From an uncultured virus (IMG/VR IMGVR_UViG_3300030102_007457) (lineage: Duplodnaviria; Heunggongvirae; Uroviricota; Caudoviricetes), in the IMG/VR virus record IMGVR_UViG_3300030102_007457: DNA of 64,000 nt. The stretch is one strand, 5' to 3'. Within the stretch, counting starts at the first letter, position 1, and the number at the start of each line of letters is the position of its first letter. The position numbers and the translations under genes were made by a program. Below the pieces are notes generated by a model. It made no database searches, had not been told where the DNA came from, and saw nothing but the letters and a program-made list of their open reading frames with translations. Positions 19,318-27,978 of the stretch are shown here, piece by piece.

Positions 19318-19722
19318 CTGCCTACAGTGCGTTACAACGGACCGTCTTTCTACAGACGGAGTCCTGACGCGTATACGCGTGATTTCACTCGGGGTGAAGT
19401 TAGGGATGTCTCACAAGCATGGGTCGACCAATGGCGTCGACTCCTTGTGGCACCCTACTTCTCCCTAGAGGGAGACGAGGCACCAACAGCAGACGAAGGT
19501 GAAGACGGCATACCTGACGAGTCGTGGCGACGTGGGGACATCTCCGCGTGGCTCAACTCTCAGGGTGTCGAATTCGCCGCATCGTCATACAGGACGAAAA
19601 CGAAACTGCTACAACTCGTCGACCAGCATCTGAACCCACCAGCCCCGGAACCGGAGCCAGTGGTGGAGGATGAGGTAGAGGCAGTCGTAGAGCAACAACT
19701 TGAAGAAGAAACACAGGAGTGA
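19318..19722 (+). CDS. Hypothetical virion protein with a HeH/Rho-N-like motif and acidic tail; probable CTG start
   Basis: GAGGTGA RBS 5 nt upstream of an in-frame CTG. WRRGDISAWL...TKTKLLQLV resembles helix-extension-helix motifs. Confidence 0.7.
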   Translation: MPTVRYNGPSFYRRSPDAYTRDFTRGEVRDVSQAWVDQWRRLLVAPYFSLEGDEAPTADEGEDGIPDESWRRGDISAWLNSQGVEFAASSYRTKTKLLQLVDQHLNPPAPEPEPVVEDEVEAVVEQQLEEETQE

Positions 19723-19729
19723 TTAAAAC

Positions 19730-19996
19730 ATGGCAACAGTAACAATAGACCCAAGACCGACAGTATTAGGCAATCTAATGATGGTAACAGGAAGTTTCAC
19801 GGCAGACGGAACATCGCAGACCGTATCTCTAGGCGACCATCTAGCAACGATTGATTCATTCACCATAATGCCAGTAAAGGCATCAGTAGTAGCAACACCA
19901 ATTGTTACAATCGACACTGACCCGGTGACTGATATCCTACTGACAGTGGTCAATACTGAAGACTACAGGTTCATGGCACTGGGTCAGCGCTCTTGA
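19730..19996 (+). CDS. Small beta-rich virion protein
   Basis: GGAGTGA RBS and operon position. Confidence 0.7.
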   Translation: MATVTIDPRPTVLGNLMMVTGSFTADGTSQTVSLGDHLATIDSFTIMPVKASVVATPIVTIDTDPVTDILLTVVNTEDYRFMALGQRS

Positions 19997-20009
19997 GGCG
20001 GTGACCTAG

Positions 20010-20228
20010 ATGGCACAGGCAGTAACGGTTCTCGGACCCTATCCACCTAAGCAGTTTGACAAGGCCGGCACGGCCTACGTCGGTGGAGCGGATAACTCGA
20101 GCGCGACTCTGAACGCGAGGATGACCGCTGATGTGGCTGCTCTTAGCGGCACACCAGCGAACATAATCTCAGTTGAACCAATCGCAGTCTTAGGCAACGT
20201 CTATCTCGTGGTTTATCAGAAGGCGTGA
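20010..20228 (+). CDS. Small hypothetical virion protein
   Basis: GGTGA RBS and operon position. Confidence 0.7.
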   Translation: MAQAVTVLGPYPPKQFDKAGTAYVGGADNSSATLNARMTADVAALSGTPANIISVEPIAVLGNVYLVVYQKA

Positions 20229-20237
20229 TAACGCTTG

Positions 20238-20276
20238 TTGGGTAACATCTATCTTGTAGTCGGGTCCTTCTCGTGA
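20238..20276 (+). pseudogene. Orphan in-frame duplicate of the 3' end of gene 20010-20228 (LGNIYLVVGSFS*)
   Basis: Matches LGNVYLVV at 20190-20213, with mostly synonymous differences. Confidence 0.6.
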
Positions 20277-20288
20277 TGAGGGGAGACT

Positions 20289-20588
20289 ATGGGGTTCGAG
20301 TTACGCACGCTTGAAATCGACGACCTGTCAGTCGCTCAGAAGACCAATGTCCGATATGCAGCAAGCATCGGGGAGGGTAATGTTCTCTCAGAGGACAAAC
20401 CCCTCGCCGGTGTGACATCAGAGCAGCGCACACGTAACAAGAACGTAGGCGACGTGCTCAACATAGGCGCTGGCACGCGCTGCAAGCACTGTGGATTCCT
20501 ACACTTCATGTGGAGGGAGACATGCGGTGCATGCGAAAAGCCGATGGAGTACAACATGGCACACAGAGACGAGGAGGCGAGACTCTAG
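20289..20588 (+). CDS. Zn-ribbon protein
   Basis: CKHCG...CGAC motif and a GAGG RBS. Confidence 0.75.
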   Translation: MGFELRTLEIDDLSVAQKTNVRYAASIGEGNVLSEDKPLAGVTSEQRTRNKNVGDVLNIGAGTRCKHCGFLHFMWRETCGACEKPMEYNMAHRDEEARL

Positions 20589-22154
20589 ATGCCACAGGTG
20601 TTCAGCCCCGGTGAGCCTGAGACAAGGCCCCTCGACCCCGATGCCATTGTCTACACCACGCCGCAGAAGGTGGCCGACCTCCTCGAGATAGGACCACAGG
20701 ACGCTGTAGCAGTGAGCGCAGATTCAGAGAGCACTGGGGTTTTCGTGTCTGGTGCCAATTATCGCAGCATCGGGTTCGCTGTGGGAGACACGCTACTCAT
20801 CTACAGCGATGCAGACCCACTCGGCCTAGAGCGGACCATCACGACCATCACATCGACAATCAACGGCGTGAAACTTGGCTTCTCATCATCCATAACAGCA
20901 GCGGACTTTCAGAGCGCTGACAACACCTTCGTCCAGAACACAGCGTCCTTCACCAACGGTAGGACGAGGGGCGTCACGCATGACAAGGTGAAGCGCCTCA
21001 TCCTTCGTTCGCAGGACAGGATAGACAACATGACTCACAACTCGTGGAGACCGAATCTGGTCGCTGCCGAGTACATCAACTTCGACACGTACAAGCCGTA
21101 CAGGCGTCGATACTACACCGACTATGTCGGCACCACGCCGCTCCTATTCCGCAACGTGCAGCAGATGCTTCGCATCGAGTTGTGGCAGGGCGACGACTAC
21201 AGGGAGATTGGCGCCTCCGAGGCTCGCCTCAAGATTCCAGACAGCGTACGTTCCCTCTCAGGCTCAATCGTCATGTCTCCCGGCAATGGGAGCGCCGCTA
21301 CGCTGACGATAGGTACTGCATCCAACCAATGGAGAGCAGACTTCGACAAGATAACCACAGCACAGAATCTCGCTGACCTCATCAACAAGGAAGACAGAGT
21401 TAGTAAAGGCAAAGTCACTTTTAGTCCTGTATTTACTTTGGAGGGAAGCACCGACCAGATAGGTGTGCATCATGAGTTCCTAGCGACTGCCAACGCAGAC
21501 TACGGTAGCGGCCATGTCAAGATTTCCAGCATGAGGTCCACACAGGCCGGTGAGGTGTGCAGCATCGTCACCACTGAGAGCAACATAGAGATATCACAGA
21601 CTCAGATAAACACAGCCACCTTCAGCAGCCTTGACAGCACGACCATTACCGTTGACAGCACGAATGGGTTTGCAGACGCAGGTGTAGTCGTTGATGCCAG
21701 CGGCGACGTCTTCAGTTATACCGGCAAGACAGCCACAACCTTCACCGGTTGCACAATCGTGGTTGGCTCTGCGCTCTCTGACATAGCAGGTGCACTTACT
21801 CAACACCTCATGCAGGTCGACTTACAGGGTGGTAGTTCCAGCGGTGACAGAGGTAGGCTCCGTGACTATTGGCTAGACCACGAGATGGGCATAGTCTACT
21901 TCAACAACTCATACCCGTTCTTCGAGTGGAACGCCGTCAAGGTCGCGTACATCTACGGTGAGAGATACGTCGAGAAGGCCATCGAGGACATCTGCACCAA
22001 GATGGTGGCCATCGAGTTGCTGCTCAGCGACGACAGGAGCGTCCTCATACCAGAGGGCTCGCAGAACGTGGACCTCGCATCCAAGATTCAACTCTACCGT
22101 CAGGACATCGACAGGATGCTACCACGTTACATCGAGGTGATTGCCTTTGAGTAG
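20589..22154 (+). CDS. Putative head-tail adaptor with large beta-rich insertions
   Basis: Adaptor-like pattern: YTTPQKVADLL at the N-terminus, SQDRIDNMT, and VKVAYIYG...AIEDICTKMVAIELL at the C-terminus. Confidence 0.65.
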   Translation: MPQVFSPGEPETRPLDPDAIVYTTPQKVADLLEIGPQDAVAVSADSESTGVFVSGANYRSIGFAVGDTLLIYSDADPLGLERTITTITSTINGVKLGFSSSITAADFQSADNTFVQNTASFTNGRTRGVTHDKVKRLILRSQDRIDNMTHNSWRPNLVAAEYINFDTYKPYRRRYYTDYVGTTPLLFRNVQQMLRIELWQGDDYREIGASEARLKIPDSVRSLSGSIVMSPGNGSAATLTIGTASNQWRADFDKITTAQNLADLINKEDRVSKGKVTFSPVFTLEGSTDQIGVHHEFLATANADYGSGHVKISSMRSTQAGEVCSIVTTESNIEISQTQINTATFSSLDSTTITVDSTNGFADAGVVVDASGDVFSYTGKTATTFTGCTIVVGSALSDIAGALTQHLMQVDLQGGSSSGDRGRLRDYWLDHEMGIVYFNNSYPFFEWNAVKVAYIYGERYVEKAIEDICTKMVAIELLLSDDRSVLIPEGSQNVDLASKIQLYRQDIDRMLPRYIEVIAFE

Positions 22155-22521
22155 GCCGTCGTTCGAGACGAAACTGCTGCTCAAGCAAGTTACTGACCAC
22201 TTCAAGACCAACGACGAATTGCAGAAGCAACTACACGATGCCTTCTCACAAAGCCCTCAGCCTCAGAGGGAGAGGATAGAGCAGGAGGAGCGCTCGCTCT
22301 CCGATATACCGGATGGTGGAGAAGCAGATGAGGGTACTATCATGAGGATAGAATCCAGAATGGTCACCGAGAACTCCAGTTACAACAATTACAACCTAGA
22401 CTTCAAGGGAGGAGCGATAGTGCCAGACACACAGTCGTACCTCAGAAAGGTGGAGGACAACAGTGCCATACGCGCATTTGAGAGAAAGGTGGTGAGGAAG
22501 CGTGGTCGCAACATTCAGTGA
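22141..22521 (+). CDS. Hypothetical neck-region protein (start TTG at 22141 or 22147)
   Basis: GAGGTGA RBS; overlaps both neighbours. Confidence 0.6.
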   Translation: MPLSRPSFETKLLLKQVTDHFKTNDELQKQLHDAFSQSPQPQRERIEQEERSLSDIPDGGEADEGTIMRIESRMVTENSSYNNYNLDFKGGAIVPDTQSYLRKVEDNSAIRAFERKVVRKRGRNIQ

Positions 22522-22951
22522 GGGAATAAATCTCGTCATCGATACCCTCATCGATAACTGGAACAGGGGCAACACCGACGGCTTCAAGCCAGTCATCATC
22601 GACGTGGCCGATGTCAGCCCCGAGACCGGCAAGCGACTCGATATGCGAAACAGGGACTACGTCATCGTGTTCGAGACGGCGCACAATGAGGAGACACCGG
22701 AACTCCTCTATGACTTCGTCACCACTAGGATAAACATCACACTCGATGCGAGAACCATGAGGAGTCGTCGACATCAGCAGTTGATGGAGAACGAGATTCG
22801 CAGAATCATTCACACCAAGAGGAAGGGAGACGGCGTTAACATGGACAGGCTCGTGTACAAGACCCGTACTGACTTGTCCGACAGAACCAAAATACTCTTC
22901 AGAACCACGTTCCAAGTAGAAGTTGTTATCTTCTCCGAACTCATCCCATAG
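22502..22951 (+). CDS. Putative tail terminator/completion protein
   Basis: About 150 aa with an alpha/beta pattern, immediately before the major tail protein. Confidence 0.55.
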   Translation: MVATFSEGINLVIDTLIDNWNRGNTDGFKPVIIDVADVSPETGKRLDMRNRDYVIVFETAHNEETPELLYDFVTTRINITLDARTMRSRRHQQLMENEIRRIIHTKRKGDGVNMDRLVYKTRTDLSDRTKILFRTTFQVEVVIFSELIP

Positions 22952-22959
22952 GTGTAGAC

Positions 22960-24954
22960 ATGCCATCGACAGTGTACAAGGGAGATTTGACCGAAGTCAC
23001 ATTCGGTCACGAGACGGGTGTGGTTCTCCCACATGACTACGAAGGTTCATTCAAGTTCATCGCCAAGGCAGCGAGCCGTGACCTCGTGAAGGACACCAGC
23101 ATCATCACCTTCAGCGGTGGTGCGGCATCTACCCCTGTCAACAGTGGCATACTCGCATTCCCAGTCGGTATGCTCGTAGGCTCAAAGGTCGTCTTCAGCA
23201 TCAAGAGCACCAGTCCCAACTTCAGCACTGATGATGACTTCTCCGTCTCTGGTCGTTCCTACACCATCATCAAGCACGCCGTCGCTGGGGGTCTCACCGA
23301 ATTGACCATCACACCTGCCTTGAAAACTGACCACAGCAGCGCAAAGGACTCAAAGGCGGACGACGTCATGGAGATACTACCCTTCGCAACACCATCGATG
23401 GACGTATCAATGACCTACAGCGCCACAGCCTCGGGCAGCGCAGAGCGAGTCCTGACTGACCAGTTCGTAGGACTCGTCAACACAGTATCACTACCGGAGA
23501 CGAGAGTCGACCTCAAGAGGTACCACGTCGTTGGCTTAGGTCGTGACGTGGCTGTTCAGGTTCCGGGTAGGTTCCTCAACACGGGTGGTAGTTTCGAGTC
23601 CAACATGCATAATGCCAGATGGATGTACTACTGCCTCGGACATGAGGCGACCTCCGCCACTGGTGGAACGCTTCAGACGGGAGGGGCCACGTTCCTGACC
23701 AATGGTGTGATTTCACAAGGCGACTCCTCATTCAAGTATGATGGAGGGTCATCTGCCCCAACGATAAGCGGTGCAAGCCCAGCAACAGTCGGTGCTGGTG
23801 ACTATGTCATAATCGTTGACACCAATACCACCGACATCAAGACCTACAGGGAGACCGCGAGTGATGGCACATGGCCCACCAATGGAGCCAACTCTATACT
23901 GAGCAAGGCCGTCAAGCAAGAGATACGCAGGATTGTGGCCATATCAGACTCCTCCGGGTCAGGTAGGATATGGGTCGATGACCCTCTGAACTTCTCCCAT
24001 GCCGATAACACCAGCATCAAGTTCCTGAAGTACGAGGCTGACAGTACGAGGGGCAGCCCCCACATGACCACCACGAACACCAACTACGGACTGATAACCA
24101 ACCCGGTCGAGCGCATACTATTCTCACGTACTAATATCCCATCGTTCGCCATGGAGGTCAGTGTAAGGAGGAGAGACACTGACAGCAACGAGGGGACGAC
24201 TGATGGGTCGAACAGCGACTCCAAGCAACTCACACGAGTCTTCCGTGGATGCAAGGTGACCAGTTTCAACCTCACAGCGGACACCGACGCAGCACTGAGG
24301 CTGACCGTCGACTTCGACTCAGCGCTCGTCTACACGGACACCGGCAGGCTCGAGGGCACCAAGGGTGACAGGTACGACACTCACAGGCTCTTCGAGGACA
24401 CCGCCAACAACGAGGTGAAGCGCAAGGAGTCTGGTATCGCCAAGAGGACCCAGAAGCCCTTCATGTTCTACAATGGGATTATTACAGTGGCAGGAGTACA
24501 GGTCGGTCAAGTCGTCAGTTTCAATCTAAACGGTACCACTGGCGTCCAGCAGTACTACACCATCAGCGGCGCGAACGTCGCCGACTCTAAGGAGGACCAA
24601 GTCCCCTTCGCTGGCACGCGCAACCCATCCCTCGCAGTGGAGGGCAAGACGGAGTACGACTTGGAGATGGAGATTATCGTTGACGACCCTGTCTTCTACC
24701 ACAAGATGAGGAGAGCAGTAGACCACTACGACGACGACACCAGCGATACCACTGACGCCGATATGATACGACTGTCATTCACCAAGCAAGGAGCAGGTGC
24801 AACGAGAGAGTCAATCGACATCGTCATGGACGACTACTTCATCGTAGAGGCCCCATTGCCGATACCCGAGGACAAGGGCCCTCTACGCTCCACACTGAAG
24901 ATACTTCCCAAGACGGTTCACGTCATAGCCAAGGACACGTTGATGCACAGTTGA
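22960..24954 (+). CDS. Major tail (tube) protein with inserted accessory domains
   Basis: VTFGHET at the N-terminus, FAMEVSV, RVFRGCKVTSFNL, PFMFYNG and GKTEYDLEMEI resemble siphovirus/halovirus tube proteins. Confidence 0.7.
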   Translation: MPSTVYKGDLTEVTFGHETGVVLPHDYEGSFKFIAKAASRDLVKDTSIITFSGGAASTPVNSGILAFPVGMLVGSKVVFSIKSTSPNFSTDDDFSVSGRSYTIIKHAVAGGLTELTITPALKTDHSSAKDSKADDVMEILPFATPSMDVSMTYSATASGSAERVLTDQFVGLVNTVSLPETRVDLKRYHVVGLGRDVAVQVPGRFLNTGGSFESNMHNARWMYYCLGHEATSATGGTLQTGGATFLTNGVISQGDSSFKYDGGSSAPTISGASPATVGAGDYVIIVDTNTTDIKTYRETASDGTWPTNGANSILSKAVKQEIRRIVAISDSSGSGRIWVDDPLNFSHADNTSIKFLKYEADSTRGSPHMTTTNTNYGLITNPVERILFSRTNIPSFAMEVSVRRRDTDSNEGTTDGSNSDSKQLTRVFRGCKVTSFNLTADTDAALRLTVDFDSALVYTDTGRLEGTKGDRYDTHRLFEDTANNEVKRKESGIAKRTQKPFMFYNGIITVAGVQVGQVVSFNLNGTTGVQQYYTISGANVADSKEDQVPFAGTRNPSLAVEGKTEYDLEMEIIVDDPVFYHKMRRAVDHYDDDTSDTTDADMIRLSFTKQGAGATRESIDIVMDDYFIVEAPLPIPEDKGPLRSTLKILPKTVHVIAKDTLMHS

Positions 24955-24963
24955 GGGATTAAG

Positions 24964-25596
<633 letters not shown>

Positions 25597-25890
25597 GAAA
25601 CGACATGAGATACAAGTGGACCCCGACGACCCAGAGGTCGTGATGGAAGTGTGGGTGCGCGACATGACGTTCTTCGACGTGCAGAGAGCAGCACAGAAGA
25701 TGTTCATCGTTGAGAAGGGCAACATATCATTCGACCTCGACGCATACTGGCGTTACGCCTTCGACAACTTCGTCACACGAACGAACCCACACCTATCCTC
25801 GGATGAGATGCTGAACCTCTCTGCCTACGTAGGCGAGCAAATCAGCGCTCATCTCCCAAAGCCGACTGAGTTGGCGGAGGCGATACAGGG

Positions 25891-25897
25891 GGATTTT
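25891..25897 (+). promoter_or_regulatory. Putative -1 programmed ribosomal frameshift site G_GAT_TTT
   Basis: Correctly phased at the chaperone 3' end. The -1 frame is open (GGA TTT TAC CAA GGC GAA CAG ATG) into ORF 25912-26193. Confidence 0.7.
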
Positions 25898-25911
25898 ACC
25901 AAGGCGAACAG

Positions 25912-26193
25912 ATGAGGGTGCAGAGGTTCCTGTCGAGCGGCAAGGTCGAGACGACAGAGGACATCTCACTGCAAACTCAACTGTTCGCCTATATCGTGGC
26001 CAAGCACTATGGTGTATCGCTGACAGAGGTATTGAATATGGAGAGGGACGTGTTCAAACAATCGCTCGTCTGGGCCATGGCGGTCGATGACGAGCAGGGC
26101 AAGGAGAGGAAACGCGTGAACATGCAGGAGAGGACAGGGAACGAGACCATAACGCTTGACTACTCATTCCTACAGATGGAGGATGGGTTCTGA
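25912..26193 (+). CDS. Tail assembly chaperone, second part (gpT-like; probably made as a frameshift fusion)
   Basis: In the -1 frame relative to the upstream gene. VAKHYGVSLTEVLNM is typical of gpT-like helical segments. Confidence 0.65.
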   Translation: MRVQRFLSSGKVETTEDISLQTQLFAYIVAKHYGVSLTEVLNMERDVFKQSLVWAMAVDDEQGKERKRVNMQERTGNETITLDYSFLQMEDGF

Positions 26194-26765
26194 TGGTGCT
26201 ACCGATAATCAACGCCATGCAGTCACTTCAGGGCCTGCTCACCACAATCTCTGGTGGTCTATCGAGCATCACTGGTGCAATCAGCGGGATAGGCAGTGCC
26301 TTCTCAGGTGTGTTTAGCACCCTCGGTGAAATGGCCTCAAATGCCTTTGGTGAGATAACCGACACCATTGGGGGTGTGAAGGACGAGGTGGAGGACAAAC
26401 TAGGTTCGGCATTCGGCTTCCTCAAGGGGAAGTTCGATGGCATCTTCGACAAGAAGAAGGTCGAGGAGGCGATGGCCCCGGTGTCCCAATTTAAAACTGC
26501 GATGGAAATATCCGAAACTGGTTACGCTGATGCCATAATCAGGGGCAAGATACAGCAGGAGCAACTCGCCGCGAGTGCATCGGCCAAGCAACAGGCGGCT
26601 GACGTCGCTGCTATCCAGAGCAAAGGCACGGTCAACGTCACCGTGAACGCGGGTGGTATAACTGATAGGTCGGACAAGAAGCAGATGGCACTCGAGATAG
26701 GCAATGAGATTCAGAGGGAACTGGCTAGATACAACGCCGGTCTGACGAGGGCACCGAGGTTATAG
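26193..26765 (+). CDS. Very short tape-measure-like protein (190 aa)
   Basis: Canonical position, Gly/Ser/Ala amphipathic repeats with periodic Phe, and a TMP-like C-terminus VNVTVNAGG...IGNEIQREL. Confidence 0.6.
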   Translation: MVLPIINAMQSLQGLLTTISGGLSSITGAISGIGSAFSGVFSTLGEMASNAFGEITDTIGGVKDEVEDKLGSAFGFLKGKFDGIFDKKKVEEAMAPVSQFKTAMEISETGYADAIIRGKIQQEQLAASASAKQQAADVAAIQSKGTVNVTVNAGGITDRSDKKQMALEIGNEIQRELARYNAGLTRAPRL

Positions 26766-26767
26766 AC

Positions 26768-27967
26768 ATGGCAGCAGCGAACGGCACACCAATCAGGCTC
26801 GTGCAGGACAATGGCAACCTCATCGAACTCAATGCCACCAACATCGCCTTCACGGTCGACAGAGGCGTGACCCCTCACTCACTACCTGCCCTTGGTGGTA
26901 GGAGGTTCAGCATAGACCTCAACAAGAACAAGTCCCTCATCGTCGTGGAGGGTGTATTCACGGATGATACTCAGGAGAGTGGTGCTAGGAGAGCATCTGG
27001 CCTCATCGACTTCTCGGTATCACAGAGAGGCGCTAACGAAGGTGACTTCAATCACGTCTTCAACACCAACAACAACATCGACAACCTCCTACTCAACAGC
27101 GACAACAGAGTCAGGCTGAGGAACTCCGCTGGTGATTTCTTCAACCTCTACTTCGAGCATACAGCGGGGACGCCGGGGTACAACACGGTGACCGACAAAC
27201 TGCGCATCAAGAGCACTGATGGTACTAGAATCACCGCAGTTCAGTTCACGCAGGGAGTCGCTGACTGGATAAACAACGACGTGACGGACATCTCAGCGAC
27301 CGTGGTGAACAGCCTACTCAACCAGAACTCGCTCGGGCTCAACAGCGCTCTGCAGATAACACAAGACTCTGCTGGCACTGCTGGTAATCACTTCTCCTTT
27401 CCTGAGTTCCTGTTCCTGAATAGTGGTGCCTACAACGGGAGAAAGAGGAGTCCACACGTGGAGGGTTTCAGCGGTGGTGTCAATTCCACTGCCAAGAGCG
27501 CCGGTGACAAGGTCATGGACCTCTACGGCATCATGAACAACTCAAGCAGGAATATTCCTGCAGTATCAATAGGAGGTGCTGCTTCTATGGTTGCTGCAGC
27601 AGGAGCAACTCTTGCTACGGGAGGTCTGTCGTTATTCGCTGCCATCGCTTTTGGAGGTCTAGCAGCCAACTCATTGGCAGGTGACCATGACTACATCATC
27701 GGCATCCAGATACCCTACAACTCCAAGGTACAGGCTGGTGGTGACACCTACGTCGCCCGGAACTTCTTCATGCCCACTGGGAACAAACTGAAGGCTGAGG
27801 ATAAGGGGAGCGAGGGAAACACCCTACCTGCCAGTACGACCTTCGACACTGGTGACAACTTCACTGGTATACAGGGCACTGTCACCAAGATGGATACCTT
27901 CTACGACGCTGGTGAGAGTGTGTATGGGTTCAGGATGGACTTCTCACCTATCGACAACATGATTTGA
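26768..27967 (+). CDS. Putative distal tail/tail-tip protein with a hydrophobic hairpin insertion
   Basis: Follows the TMP-like gene. The N- and C-terminal beta segments resemble a Dit/tube-like fold. Confidence 0.55.
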   Translation: MAAANGTPIRLVQDNGNLIELNATNIAFTVDRGVTPHSLPALGGRRFSIDLNKNKSLIVVEGVFTDDTQESGARRASGLIDFSVSQRGANEGDFNHVFNTNNNIDNLLLNSDNRVRLRNSAGDFFNLYFEHTAGTPGYNTVTDKLRIKSTDGTRITAVQFTQGVADWINNDVTDISATVVNSLLNQNSLGLNSALQITQDSAGTAGNHFSFPEFLFLNSGAYNGRKRSPHVEGFSGGVNSTAKSAGDKVMDLYGIMNNSSRNIPAVSIGGAASMVAAAGATLATGGLSLFAAIAFGGLAANSLAGDHDYIIGIQIPYNSKVQAGGDTYVARNFFMPTGNKLKAEDKGSEGNTLPASTTFDTGDNFTGIQGTVTKMDTFYDAGESVYGFRMDFSPIDNMI

Positions 27968-27978
27968 ACGGTGAAGAG

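Noticed and set aside
20226..20276. Stop-codon readthrough or genetic-code reassignment extending gene 20010
   Set aside because: Two different consecutive stops (TGA TAA) intervene, and all three stop codons end genes normally elsewhere in the window.
22960..24954. 664-aa tail gene as a contractile sheath
   Set aside because: No sheath motifs are recognised and no separate tube gene follows. The sequence and the downstream chaperone pair fit a tube protein with insertions, though this is not confirmed by a search.
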